A stretch of DNA of 64,000 nt from an uncultured Bacilli bacterium (GTDB lineage: Bacteria > Bacillota_I > Bacilli_A > RF39 > UBA660): assembly GCA_963931515.1 (NCBI GenBank), contig OZ007022.1, positions 589,747 to 653,746 of the forward strand, read 5' to 3'. Below the pieces are notes generated by a model that saw nothing but the letters and a program-made list of their open reading frames with translations, ran no database searches and was not told the origin of the DNA. Every line of letters starts with the position of its first letter. Within the stretch, counting starts at the first letter, position 1. The position numbers and the translations under genes were made by a program. Of the stretch, positions 37,816 to 48,323 are shown piece after piece.

Positions 37816-39814
37816 CCCATCTTTGACACTTTTAAGAAAAAATACAGGATTAGGCTTTATAAAACCTAGTTTTTTTTATTATTTAGTATTGCGTACTTAA
37901 TTCGTAAGTGATATAATGTAATTAAGGTAGTGATGTTATGAGACTTAAAATGACCAAAACAAAAAGTAATACTACTTATTGTATTATTGGTGACTATAAA
38001 AATTCTAAAGGCAAAAGATCCTCTTATGTTTATGAAGCATTGGGCAATGATGAAAAATTAAAGGAGCGTTTTGGTTCAGAACATACTATGGACAAACTGC
38101 AAGAATATATCAATTCTTTAAATCAAATGATAAAAGATGGTAAAGAACTTCCAGTTCATATAACTTTAAATCCAAATAAGCAAATTGAAAAAGATATTAA
38201 TCGTGCCTTTTTTTCTGGACATATATTTTTAAGAAAAATTTACTATGATTTAGGAATTGATAAAATCTGTGAAAATATTAAAAAGAAATACAAATTTACT
38301 TTTGATATAAATAAGATAGTTGAATGTTTACTCTATTCACGTATTATATGGCCATCATCTAAACTATCTACATTTGAACAATCTAAACAATTAATTGGAA
38401 GTTATGATTTTGAATTACAACACGTTTATAGAACCTTATCCTATCTATCAAAAGAGATAGATAATATTCAAAAAGAATTATTTGATTACAGTAATAAAAT
38501 AATTGATAGAAATTATAAAGTCATATATTATGATTGTACAAACTACTTCTTTTATACAGAGGAAAACGATTTTCAAAGGTATGGTATAAGCAAACAACAT
38601 CAACCACATCCACTTGTACAAATGGGATTATTTATGGATGCAGATGGATACCCTTTTGCCATGAATATAAATCCTGGTAATACTTCTGAGACTAAAACTA
38701 TGATTCCAACAGAAAAAGAATTTTTGAAGAAATACAATATGAAAGGCAGTAATATAATTGTATGTACCGATGCAGCTATGTGTACTGATGAAATTAAAAA
38801 GTTTAATGTTAAAGAAGGTAGAGGCTTTGTAATAACTCAATCAATAAAAAAATTAAGTGATGAACTACAAAAGTTCGCTTTAGATAAAAATGGATGGCGT
38901 ATTTTAGGAAATTTGATGGATATTTACAATTTGGAAGATATTGAAAAAAATGAAGAGCTTAAAAAGAAATATTACAATACTATTTTTTATAAAGAAATAG
39001 AATGTGAAACCAAATCAGTTAAACAAGCTTTAATAGTAACCTTTTCATTTAAATACCAAGCATATCAACATAAGCTCAAAACCCATCAATTGGAAAGAGC
39101 CAGAAAAATGGTTGAAGAAGCTAATAGGAAAAACAAAAATGTTACAAAGAAAAAAGATATTGAAAAAATTAAATCTAGTAAAAATCAAAATGACCCTAAA
39201 AGATTTGTCAAAGAAATAAAGACCACTGATACAGGAGAAGTTGCTTGTAATATAGAATATATAATTGATGAAGAGATTTATAAAAATGAAGAAAAATATA
39301 ATGGCTTATACGGAATAACAACAAATTTAATTGATGACACCGAGACAATTATCAAAGTTATGAATGGTAGATGGGAAATAGAAGAATCGTTTAGAATTAT
39401 GAAAGATGACTTCGATTCTGGGACAGTACACTTATCAAGAGAAGATAGAATCAAAGGCCATTTTATAACTTGTTTTTTAGCCTTATTTATTTACAGATAT
39501 TTAGAACATAAATTAAATGACAAATATACAGTTAGTGAAATAATATTAAAACTACAAGAAATGAAATTATTAGAACATAAAGGAAAAGGTTTTGAGCCAA
39601 TACAAACTAGAGATAATTTAACTGATGATTTACACAGCTTTTTAGGCATTAAAACAGACACAGAAATAATAACTTATAAAAAAATTAAAAAAATTTTTGA
39701 TGAACAAGAAAATAAAATTTAGGTACGCATTTTTTCTGAAATTAAAAAGTCCTATTTTCCCTTGAAATTAAAGGGATTAGGACTTTTTAATTTCTTACAA
39801 GTGTCAAACTTGAG
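37816..39814 (+). mobile_element. IS1634-family insertion sequence, element 2 (distinct from element 1)
   Basis: About 1999 bp. Terminal IRs TTTGACACTTtTAAGAA (left) and the reverse complement TTTGACACTTgTAAGAA (right). Bounded exactly by the 119-bp direct repeats. Confidence 0.8.
37938..39722 (+). CDS. IS1634-family DDE transposase (about 30% similar to that of element 1)
   Basis: 594 aa. YYDCTNYFFY, HPLVQMGLFMDADGYPFAMNINPGN, KGHFITCFLALFIYRYLE. Confidence 0.85.
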   Translation: MRLKMTKTKSNTTYCIIGDYKNSKGKRSSYVYEALGNDEKLKERFGSEHTMDKLQEYINSLNQMIKDGKELPVHITLNPNKQIEKDINRAFFSGHIFLRKIYYDLGIDKICENIKKKYKFTFDINKIVECLLYSRIIWPSSKLSTFEQSKQLIGSYDFELQHVYRTLSYLSKEIDNIQKELFDYSNKIIDRNYKVIYYDCTNYFFYTEENDFQRYGISKQHQPHPLVQMGLFMDADGYPFAMNINPGNTSETKTMIPTEKEFLKKYNMKGSNIIVCTDAAMCTDEIKKFNVKEGRGFVITQSIKKLSDELQKFALDKNGWRILGNLMDIYNLEDIEKNEELKKKYYNTIFYKEIECETKSVKQALIVTFSFKYQAYQHKLKTHQLERARKMVEEANRKNKNVTKKKDIEKIKSSKNQNDPKRFVKEIKTTDTGEVACNIEYIIDEEIYKNEEKYNGLYGITTNLIDDTETIIKVMNGRWEIEESFRIMKDDFDSGTVHLSREDRIKGHFITCFLALFIYRYLEHKLNDKYTVSEIILKLQEMKLLEHKGKGFEPIQTRDNLTDDLHSFLGIKTDTEIITYKKIKKIFDEQENKI

Positions 39815-39933
39815 ATTATACATGAAACGGGAAATTATTAATATATTTTTGGGATTTATTTTTCTTTTATTTGACTATTTTTGACAAAGAAAAAAGATGT
39901 TTTATACATCTTTATGCTATGTGACGTTTTATT
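39815..39933. repeat. 119-bp direct repeat (right copy). Contains the 3' end of gene 39912..40559.
   Basis: Identical to 37697..37815. Confidence 0.85.
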
Positions 39934-40559
39934 AATTTTAATGCTTTTGTACGATATGGTTTATGAGTTAATGGGTTATTCATTTTTGTGTCTATGGTTG
40001 CTAGTGTAACATTGTCTTTTCTTGCTGATAAATCTTGTAGATATTCTTTTGGTATGAAAGCGTCGTCTTTTGAGTAAATGATTAGTGTTGGAACATTAAT
40101 TTTTTCAATAGCTACTTTAGCGAGCTGTTGAGTTTTGTTAAAAACAATTAATGATTTTATTTTATCATTATTTGTTTTAGTTTTTTGTTCGCCATATGGT
40201 CTTTGCAAAGTTGATTTTATTTTTTCATTTTTTTGTTTTTCTAGTTCTTCTTCAGTATAATTTCCGAATTGTGGGGAAATTAGAATTAAACTTTTTACCT
40301 TAGGGGTTTTTGCTGTTGTTAAAACTCCTAAGTTACATCCCATTGAGTGACAGATTAAATTAGCTGGTTGTCCCATTGGGTTAGCTTTTCTAAAACTGTC
40401 TTGAAGTGCAACGTTTAAGTTTCTGGTTGATGTTAAAGGTAATGTTGCGTAATTTTCAAAAACAGGAGTTAGACTAACATTATTTTCTTTGAAAAATCTT
40501 TTAATTTCATCTAATTCATTAATATCGGTTAATAATCCTTTGTAATATAAATTGTACAT
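39912..40559 (-). CDS. alpha/beta-hydrolase-fold esterase/lipase-like protein
   Basis: Nucleophile elbow HSMGC and the pattern of beta-strand hydrophobics. Probable start is MYNLYYKG at 40559, with RBS aggagg and a promoter ttgcgg, 18 nt spacer, tataat. The ORF track extends to 40667. Confidence 0.6.
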   Translation of the reverse strand: MYNLYYKGLLTDINELDEIKRFFKENNVSLTPVFENYATLPLTSTRNLNVALQDSFRKANPMGQPANLICHSMGCNLGVLTTAKTPKVKSLILISPQFGNYTEEELEKQKNEKIKSTLQRPYGEQKTKTNNDKIKSLIVFNKTQQLAKVAIEKINVPTLIIYSKDDAFIPKEYLQDLSARKDNVTLATIDTKMNNPLTHKPYRTKALKLIKRHIA

Positions 40560-40789
40560 TTTTATTCCTCCTTTAGTTATTTTATTATAACATGCGGCGG
40601 ACAACGTCCGCAACCTAAAAAATCTTAAGCATAAACTTAAGACTTTTTTAAGCAAACCACTATTCAAACGTTTGCTAAAGCAGTATAATAACTGCCACGA
40701 GCTTTATATCTCAATATGATTATCGGAAGCTACGTCTTTTAAAAAAGATTTCCTTCCAGAGCAGTGACGTTGTTTAGGAGTGATTTGCT

Positions 40790-42334
40790 ATGAATATATT
40801 AAAACAAAATGAAAAAAATATCAAGGGGATTTTGACAGGTTTTGATAGAATTGTTATTAATGGCTTTTCTAGGCAGTTAAATAACTGTCGTCAATTTCTT
40901 TTTTACATGATTCAAAATAATTGTGATTTAGTAAATTTTAATGATTTTGCTTTAGAACATACTAATTCTTTATGTAACCATATTGATAATATTATTAAAG
41001 AAAATAATATACCTTATAAATATATTAATTCTTCAAAATCAAGTAAAAACGAAATAGCTAGAAAACTTTATGAAGAAAATCCAGTTAATGAAGGACTAGT
41101 ATGTGCCATTGCTTCCATGGAAGTTTGTGATACTATGACTGTTAAAGGTAATAAACAAACTCAAAAATTAGAAGTTACTAGGCGTTCTACTAAATGTAAG
41201 CATTATTATCTATATATGATTGACAAAGATTTTGGCTGGATGTATTTAAAAATTCAAACTTGGTTTCCTTTTAATGTTCAAATTTATTTGAATGGTAGAG
41301 AATATATTTGTAAACAGTTAGATAAAGAAAATATCCATTATGAAAGATATAATAACTGTTTAATAGATATAGATGATATTGAAAAAGCTCAAGAAATTTC
41401 TGACCATCTTCATAATATGAATTTAGAAAGAAAGTTTGATGGTATAGTTTCTAAATACAATAATATACTTCCTAGATTTGAAAAACATTTAGGTCATGGA
41501 TACTTTTGGACTGTATTTGAATGTGAATATGCGACCGATATTATGTTTAAGACAAGGGAACATTTAGAAAATATTTTCCCGTCTCTAGTCGAAAAAGCAT
41601 TCTTTACTTTCAAATGTGATGACATTATGAGTTTCTTTGGAAGAAAGCTTCATCATTTGTTTCAGGGAGAAGTAGTCTCCGATTCTAGAAAACGTTATCA
41701 AGGATTTCGTATTAAACACAAGATGAAGTCTAATCAAATTAAAATGTATGATAAATATTCTTGTTTAAGAATTGAAACAACCATCAATGATCCTCATGAA
41801 TTCAAAATTTGGAAATACAAATATGATGAAGATACTGGTGAAGCTATAGATGGTAGTGGTCATTGGGTCCCTATGGGTAAAAGTATATCTAATTTATATA
41901 GATATGCCGAAGTCAGTAAAGCTACTAATACAAGATATATAAATGCTTTACCTAATGCAGTTGATACTGTTACTCCAGTAAAAGAAATTGAAAGCATTTC
42001 TAAAACTATCATCGTTAATGATAGAAAAGTTAGTGGATTTAATATTTTATCTAAAGATGATTCTAATCTTTTAGATGTTATTGCTTCTGGAGACTTTATT
42101 GTAAATGGTATTACTAATAAAACTTTAAGATGTAGATATTTTAAAAATGAAGACATTAATTCTATAAGAATTAGAAATAAAACAACTAGATTATTAAGCA
42201 AATTAAAAAGTCATGGTATTTTAAAGAAAGTAAACCATTCTTCAAAATATTATGTTACATCTAAAGGTAGAAAAATTTTAAATTCTATTATTTCTTTTAA
42301 AAACATTGATTTGCCTTTAATCTATAATCAATAA
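40790..42334 (+). CDS. hypothetical 514-aa protein. Possible transposase-like or nucleic-acid-binding protein (C-terminal wHTH-like KYYVTSKGRKIL).
   Basis: Intact ORF with an RBS-like ggagtg and a terminator hairpin aagccg-ttttacac-cggctt at 42362-42389. The segment YSCLRIETTINDPHEFK faintly resembles the IS4-family Y-x2-R-x3-E-x6-K motif. Confidence 0.45.
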   Translation: MNILKQNEKNIKGILTGFDRIVINGFSRQLNNCRQFLFYMIQNNCDLVNFNDFALEHTNSLCNHIDNIIKENNIPYKYINSSKSSKNEIARKLYEENPVNEGLVCAIASMEVCDTMTVKGNKQTQKLEVTRRSTKCKHYYLYMIDKDFGWMYLKIQTWFPFNVQIYLNGREYICKQLDKENIHYERYNNCLIDIDDIEKAQEISDHLHNMNLERKFDGIVSKYNNILPRFEKHLGHGYFWTVFECEYATDIMFKTREHLENIFPSLVEKAFFTFKCDDIMSFFGRKLHHLFQGEVVSDSRKRYQGFRIKHKMKSNQIKMYDKYSCLRIETTINDPHEFKIWKYKYDEDTGEAIDGSGHWVPMGKSISNLYRYAEVSKATNTRYINALPNAVDTVTPVKEIESISKTIIVNDRKVSGFNILSKDDSNLLDVIASGDFIVNGITNKTLRCRYFKNEDINSIRIRNKTTRLLSKLKSHGILKKVNHSSKYYVTSKGRKILNSIISFKNIDLPLIYNQ

Positions 42335-42528
42335 TCTAATTCTATATTTGTATTTTAAAAAGCCGTTTTACACCGGCTTATCTTTGCGTGGAATATCAAA
42401 TATTCTTGCTATTTTTGATTGTTTTTAGATATAAATATCATAAATATGTGATTATGATACAAAATATTCTTTTTTATTTTAAAGTTGGTGGTAAATTTTA
42501 TGCTTTTTTGTTATACTTATTATGAGAA

Positions 42529-43641
42529 GTGTTGATAATTGGAGGGTTTATTGTGAAACATCGTGTGAGATATTGTGATTTATTGAGATTTATAGCAATT
42601 ATTTCGGTTATTTTGATACATGTGGTTGCTGATTTTAGACAGTTATATTTACTAGAAAATAGAAATTATTATTTTTTATTTACAATAGTAGATAGCTTGG
42701 CAAGAACTGGTGTGCCTTTATTTTTTATGTTTACGGGGATGTTTTTGCTTAATAGTAAAAAGGAAGAAAAATATAGTGAATTTGTTAAAAAAACAATTAA
42801 GAAATTAGTTATTCCACTTATTGCTGTGTCATTTATTTATTATATATATGATTGTTGGGCTTTAGAAAGTACTTCATTTTCTTTATTTGATTTTGTTACA
42901 GGACTTTATAGTAATAAAATTAAGTATCATTTGTGGTATATGTATAGTATTATTTTAATTTATTTATTAATACCATTTTTGAGGGTAGGGATTCAACATT
43001 TAAAGAAAAAGGAACTTAGAAATTTAATTATTTTAATATTTGTATTAGGTTTTTGTACATCTACTTTGACTCAATTTTGTACTTATTTTGAGCTTCCAAC
43101 TTTTGAGGGAATTAGTTATCCTACAATTTTAACACAAATTAATTATTTATTTTTAGGTTATTATTTATATAAATATAAGGTGGCAGAAAGATTAAGAAGA
43201 CCGCTTTATGTACTTGGTATTATTTCGTTTATATGTATACCAATTTTAGATTATATTTTAATGACAGGTGTACGTTGGGAGCCATTTTCACCGCCCGAGA
43301 GAATTTTTCCGTTTTTTATGACGATTGCTTTATTTGTTTTTGTTAAGGAAAATTACGATAAGTGGCTTGTAAGTGAGAAGTTAGAAAAATTTTTTGCTTT
43401 ATTGGCATCTCTTTCTTTGCATATTTATTTGTTACATGTACTTGTATTAGAATTTTCTCGTAAGGTTATTTATTATTTTATAACTCCAGTAGGGTTATGG
43501 CAAAATTTATTGATGTTTATATGTTTACTTTTAATTACGAGTGTAGGGACCTTTGCTTTGTCTTATACTCTCAAAAAAATTATTTTGTTTTGTAAAGAAA
43601 AAGTGAATAAAAAAATTGATAATAGTTTGGTTAGTGTTTAA
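42529..43641 (+). CDS. acyltransferase family 3 (polysaccharide O-acyltransferase) membrane protein
   Basis: 370-aa polytopic protein with the family-typical N-terminal pattern (LRFIAIISVILIHV...ARTGVPLFFMFTGMFL). Confidence 0.75.
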   Translation: MLIIGGFIVKHRVRYCDLLRFIAIISVILIHVVADFRQLYLLENRNYYFLFTIVDSLARTGVPLFFMFTGMFLLNSKKEEKYSEFVKKTIKKLVIPLIAVSFIYYIYDCWALESTSFSLFDFVTGLYSNKIKYHLWYMYSIILIYLLIPFLRVGIQHLKKKELRNLIILIFVLGFCTSTLTQFCTYFELPTFEGISYPTILTQINYLFLGYYLYKYKVAERLRRPLYVLGIISFICIPILDYILMTGVRWEPFSPPERIFPFFMTIALFVFVKENYDKWLVSEKLEKFFALLASLSLHIYLLHVLVLEFSRKVIYYFITPVGLWQNLLMFICLLLITSVGTFALSYTLKKIILFCKEKVNKKIDNSLVSV

Positions 43642-43656
43642 GGATGAGTGATTTTA

Positions 43657-44622
43657 ATGAAAAAAATATCTTTGGTTGTTCCTTGTTATAATGAACAAGA
43701 GGTTATTAATTTATTTTATGATGAAATTCAAAAGATAAAAAATGAATTTGAAGAAGTAGAGTTTGAAATTATATTTGTTAATGATGGTTCTAATGATAAA
43801 ACTTTAGAATTAATGCGAAAATTAGCTGAAAATAATGATGTTAGATATATTTCTTTTTCGCGTAATTTTGGTAAAGAGGCGGCAATGTATGCTGGACTTG
43901 AAATATCTACTGGTGATTATGTGGCTATTATGGATGCTGATTTACAAGATCCACCAGTTTTATTGAAAGAGATGTATGAGATTTTGGAATCCGGTGAATA
44001 TGACAGTGTGGCAACAAGGAGAGTGACTCGTAAAGGAGAACCTGCAATAAGAAGTTTTTTTGCAAGGTTATATTATAAAATAATAAACAAAATTTCTAAA
44101 ACAGAAATAGTTGATGGGACACGTGATTTTAGGTTAATGACTAGACAAATGGTTAATGCTGTTTTGGAAGTAAGAGAATATAATAGATTTTCTAAAGGTA
44201 TTTTCTCTTGGGTTGGTTTTAGAACTAAATGGATTGAATATGAGAATGTTGAAAGAGTTGCAGGGGAGACAAAATGGTCTTTTTGGAAGTTATTTTTATA
44301 TTCTTTAGATAGTATTGTTGCTTTTTCAACTGCACCATTATCAATTGCGTCTGTAATGGGAATTTTATTTTGTTTTATTGCATTTTTTATGATAGTTTTT
44401 GTGATTGTTAGGACTCTTATATATGGTGACCCAACGAGTGGTTGGCCAAGTATGGTATGTATTATGTTTTTTATAGGAGGGGTTCAACTTCTTTGTGTGG
44501 GAATTATTGGACAATATTTATCTAAAACTTATTTAGAAGTAAAAAAAAGGCCAATATATATAATTGCTGAGACTGAGAAAGATAAATTAAAAATTAAGGA
44601 GGATGAAGTTAATGGTAGATAA
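43657..44622 (+). CDS. GT2 polyprenyl-phosphate glycosyltransferase (GtrB/CsbB-like)
   Basis: SLVVPCYNEQEV, DGSNDKT, DADLQDPP, and two C-terminal TM helices. Confidence 0.85.
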   Translation: MKKISLVVPCYNEQEVINLFYDEIQKIKNEFEEVEFEIIFVNDGSNDKTLELMRKLAENNDVRYISFSRNFGKEAAMYAGLEISTGDYVAIMDADLQDPPVLLKEMYEILESGEYDSVATRRVTRKGEPAIRSFFARLYYKIINKISKTEIVDGTRDFRLMTRQMVNAVLEVREYNRFSKGIFSWVGFRTKWIEYENVERVAGETKWSFWKLFLYSLDSIVAFSTAPLSIASVMGILFCFIAFFMIVFVIVRTLIYGDPTSGWPSMVCIMFFIGGVQLLCVGIIGQYLSKTYLEVKKRPIYIIAETEKDKLKIKEDEVNGR

Positions 44623-46096
44623 AATCAAGAAATTATTTAATACAAAGATATCGTCAAAGAATTTGTATAGAATTGCTTTATGCGCATTTATTGTATCTTT
44701 AATTCCGTTAGTGGTTATTGCTTTTTATAATTTCCCAAGTGCAGATGATTATAGTTTTACTATAGATATTTATAAAGCACTTAATAGTGATGGATTGCTT
44801 GGATTTATTAAAGCGATTTTTGATAATGTTAAACATTTTTATTTTAATTGGCAAGGAACGTTTACAGCAATTACAATTATGTCTATGCAACCATCTTTAT
44901 TTGGTGTTGAATGGTATTTTTTAACAACATTTATTCTTTTAGGATTCTTTATTTGGGGAACTTTTTATTTGTGTAAGGTAATATGTAATGATTATTTAAA
45001 GTTAGATAAGTATTATTATAAGATAATTGCTATTTTGATTTTAACAGTATGTATTCAAGGATTGCCATCGTTAGTACAAGGATTTTATTGGTGGAACGGG
45101 GCAATTTATTATACACTTTTCTTTTCATTTTCTTTATTTCAAATTGGTCATATCTTAAAATATTTGAAATATGGTAAGAGGAAAAATTATATTTTAGCTT
45201 TAATATTAACTTTTATGGTTGCTGGTAGTAATTATGTAACTGTTTCTAACCAAGTTATTATGATGAGTATTTTACTTATTTATTTGTTTGTGAAGAAACA
45301 TCCTAAAAGATATCAGATGCTTGGTTTGCTCGGAGTTTTGTATATTACGGCTGGATTCAATATGCTTGCACCAGGTAATTCAGTGAGACAATCACAAAAT
45401 ACTAATATGGGATTATTTTCAGCAATTTTCGCTTCTATAGAAGCTTTTACTGGAAACGTTGTTGGTTGGTGTAATTTTTATAATTTGGCTTATATTTTAG
45501 CGGTTGTTTTGCTTTTATCTAAGTCATATGAGAAAGTTAATATTTCTTTTAAGCATCCTTTTGCAATAACGATACTTATTTGTGGAATCTTATCAGCTTT
45601 ATATATGGCACCGCTTTATGCAATGTCTAATACTGGAGCTGGAAGACTTTTAAATATTATATATTATAGTTATATTTGGGGTTTTATTATTCTTATTTAT
45701 TATTGGGTTGGTTATTTTAGAAGTGTTTTGTTTACAGATAAGAAATTAAAGAAAGTTGAAAATGATTTTAGTACTATTTTGTTTAATAAGGGAAATGTGT
45801 TTCTTGGTATGTTTGTTTTAGTTAATGTGATGTGGATTTTTGGTTATCATGATAATATTTCTTCTTATGTAGCTTTTAGGTCAATTAAAAATGGTGAAGC
45901 AGCTCAGTATAAAACCGAGATGAATGAAAGATATGATTTATATTTGGATAAGGACGTTGATGTGGTTAAAGTTAAACCTTTAACTGTACGCCCTAAGGCG
46001 ATATTTTCTTCAGATATTACGGTTAATCCTGATTATTGGGTAAATGATGCGGTTAGACAATATTTTGGCAAGAAGAAAGTTTATGTGGAGGAGTAG
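44603..46096 (+). CDS. polytopic membrane protein, probable GT-C-type glycosyltransferase partner of the GtrB-like enzyme
   Basis: 497 aa with 10 or more TM segments. Start overlaps the GtrB-like stop. Confidence 0.5.
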   Translation: MKLMVDKIKKLFNTKISSKNLYRIALCAFIVSLIPLVVIAFYNFPSADDYSFTIDIYKALNSDGLLGFIKAIFDNVKHFYFNWQGTFTAITIMSMQPSLFGVEWYFLTTFILLGFFIWGTFYLCKVICNDYLKLDKYYYKIIAILILTVCIQGLPSLVQGFYWWNGAIYYTLFFSFSLFQIGHILKYLKYGKRKNYILALILTFMVAGSNYVTVSNQVIMMSILLIYLFVKKHPKRYQMLGLLGVLYITAGFNMLAPGNSVRQSQNTNMGLFSAIFASIEAFTGNVVGWCNFYNLAYILAVVLLLSKSYEKVNISFKHPFAITILICGILSALYMAPLYAMSNTGAGRLLNIIYYSYIWGFIILIYYWVGYFRSVLFTDKKLKKVENDFSTILFNKGNVFLGMFVLVNVMWIFGYHDNISSYVAFRSIKNGEAAQYKTEMNERYDLYLDKDVDVVKVKPLTVRPKAIFSSDITVNPDYWVNDAVRQYFGKKKVYVEE

Positions 46097-46105
46097 ATGA
46101 TTTAG

Positions 46106-47047
46106 ATGAAGATTTTATATGTAGTTATACCTTGTTATAATGAAGAGGCAGTTTTAGAAGAAACGACTAAACAAATTAGTAAAAAAATGCAAGAACTTAT
46201 AATAAATAAAAAAATTAATAAGCAAAGTAGAGTTTTATATGTTGATGATGGTTCTAAGGATAACACTTGGAGTTTGATTGAAAAAATTCATAAAGATAAT
46301 TCTTTGTTTTGTGGGTTTTCGCTTTCTAGAAATAGGGGACATCAAAATGCTTTATTAGCTGGTTTAATGTATGCAAAAAAAGAGGCAGATGTAGTTATAA
46401 GTATGGATGCTGATTTACAAGATGACATTAATGCGATAGATGAAATGCTTGATAAGTTTTATGCAGGCTGTGATGTGGTTTATGGAGTTAGAAGTAGTAG
46501 GAAAAAAGATACATTTTTTAAAAGAACTACGGCTTTAGGATATTATAAGTTCCTAAAGTTTATGGGTGTTGAAATTGTCTATAATCATGCAGATTATCGT
46601 TTAACTTCTAAAAGAGTTTTGGATGAGTTGGAAAGATATGATGAAGTAAATTTGTTTTTGCGTGGCGTTTTTCCATTAATTGGTTTTAAACATGATGTTG
46701 TTTATTATGAAAGACATGAGAGATTTGCAGGTGAATCTAAATATCCGCTTAAGAAGATGCTTCATTTTGCTTGGGACGGTATTACGTCTTTTAGTATAAA
46801 ACCAATAAGAATGGTTTTAACGGTTGGAATTATAATGTTTATTATTAGTTTGTTTGTAATGATTTATTGTTTAATTATTAAATTATGTGGTTCTGCTGTA
46901 TCTGGATGGACATTTATTGTTTGTTCTATTTGGCTTTTGGCAGGTGTGCAGATGCTTTCTATTGGTTTAATAGGTGAATATATTGGAAAAATTTATGGGG
47001 AAACTAAACATAGACCGAAATATATTATAGATAAAATTTTGAAATAA
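46106..47047 (+). CDS. GT2 polyprenyl-phosphate glycosyltransferase (second GtrB-like)
   Basis: VIPCYNEEAV, DDGSKDNT, DADLQDD, and C-terminal TM helices. Terminator at about 47065-47090. Confidence 0.85.
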   Translation: MKILYVVIPCYNEEAVLEETTKQISKKMQELIINKKINKQSRVLYVDDGSKDNTWSLIEKIHKDNSLFCGFSLSRNRGHQNALLAGLMYAKKEADVVISMDADLQDDINAIDEMLDKFYAGCDVVYGVRSSRKKDTFFKRTTALGYYKFLKFMGVEIVYNHADYRLTSKRVLDELERYDEVNLFLRGVFPLIGFKHDVVYYERHERFAGESKYPLKKMLHFAWDGITSFSIKPIRMVLTVGIIMFIISLFVMIYCLIIKLCGSAVSGWTFIVCSIWLLAGVQMLSIGLIGEYIGKIYGETKHRPKYIIDKILK

Positions 47048-47147
47048 TTTTTGTTGTAATTTATTAAAAAGCCTTTATTGGCTTTTTATTTTATATATGA
47101 TATAATGAATAAGACAATATATTACATTTTTTGAAAGGTGGATAATA

Positions 47148-48323
47148 ATGGATTATGATTTTATTGTTGTGGGTGCAGGTTTTGCAGGTGCAACGATTGC
47201 AGAGAGGATTGCTAATGGTTTAAATAAAAAAGTATTAGTAATTGATAAAAGAGATAACATTGGGGGAAATATGTATGATTATATTGATGAAAATGGTATT
47301 TTAGTTCATAGATATGGTCCACATTTATTCCATACAAATTTAGAGAATGTTTATAATTATTTGAAACAATTTGGTGAGTGGTTTTTTTATGAACACAGAG
47401 TTCTTGGTAAAGTTAATAATAAAATTGTACCAATTCCTTTTAATATTATTTCTATTGAAAAGAGTTTTGATAAAGATAAAGCTAATAAGTTAATTTCAAT
47501 TTTAAAAAATGATTTTGGTATGGAAAAGAAAATACCAATATTGGAACTTCGTAAGTATCCGGATAAGGATATAAATGAACTTGCGGAGTATATTTATAAA
47601 AATGTATTTTTATATTATACAATGAAACAGTGGGGACAAATGCCAGATGAGATTGATCCTAATGTTACAAATAGGGTTCCAGTGTTTATTTCGAAGGATG
47701 ACCGTTATTTTCAAGATAAATATCAGTTTATGCCTAGGGGTGGGTATACAAAAATATTTGATAAAATGTTAGATAGTAATAATATTGAGATTAGATTAGG
47801 CGTGGATGCAAAGGATATTTTGTCGGTTAAAAATGATAAAATATATTTTGAAGGTAAAGAGTATAGTGGTAAAGTCATTTATACTGGCGCACTTGATGAG
47901 TTTTTTGATTATGAATTTGGGTCTTTACCTTATAGGTCTTTAGAATTTGAATTTGAAACGATTAATAATGAATATTTTCAAGAGGTTGGAACAGTTAATT
48001 ATCCAACTAAGGAAGATAAATTTACAAGAATTACTGAATTTAAACATATGACAATGGAAAACGCAAAAACAAAAAAGACTACAATCATGCGTGAATATCC
48101 TTGCGTTTATGATAGAAACAGTGATAAAGCAAATATTCCATATTATCCAATAGTTAATGATGATAATATGAGCTTATATAATAAATATTTAGAGAAAGCT
48201 TCTAAAATTAATAATTTTTATTTGATAGGAAGGCTTGCTCAATACAAGTATTTTAATATGGATTTGGTTATTAATGAAGCATTAAAATTATTTGAAAAAT
48301 TAAAGGAGGAAAATGATGGCTAA
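47148..48323 (+). CDS. glf: UDP-galactopyranose mutase
   Basis: 391 aa. FAD Rossmann fold GAGFAGAT and conserved Glf motifs (YGPHLFHT, YNxKQWG). Confidence 0.9.
   Translation: MDYDFIVVGAGFAGATIAERIANGLNKKVLVIDKRDNIGGNMYDYIDENGILVHRYGPHLFHTNLENVYNYLKQFGEWFFYEHRVLGKVNNKIVPIPFNIISIEKSFDKDKANKLISILKNDFGMEKKIPILELRKYPDKDINELAEYIYKNVFLYYTMKQWGQMPDEIDPNVTNRVPVFISKDDRYFQDKYQFMPRGGYTKIFDKMLDSNNIEIRLGVDAKDILSVKNDKIYFEGKEYSGKVIYTGALDEFFDYEFGSLPYRSLEFEFETINNEYFQEVGTVNYPTKEDKFTRITEFKHMTMENAKTKKTTIMREYPCVYDRNSDKANIPYYPIVNDDNMSLYNKYLEKASKINNFYLIGRLAQYKYFNMDLVINEALKLFEKLKEENDG

Noticed and set aside
33635-39000. Short ORFs inside or antisense to the IS1634 transposases and the PASTA gene (33635..33889, 34560..34826, 34645..34830, 35766..35993, 35825..36049, 36074..36430, 36659..36982, 37485..37694, 37520..37723, 38628..38840)
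   Set aside because: Overlap the better-supported long ORFs. No RBS or motif support.
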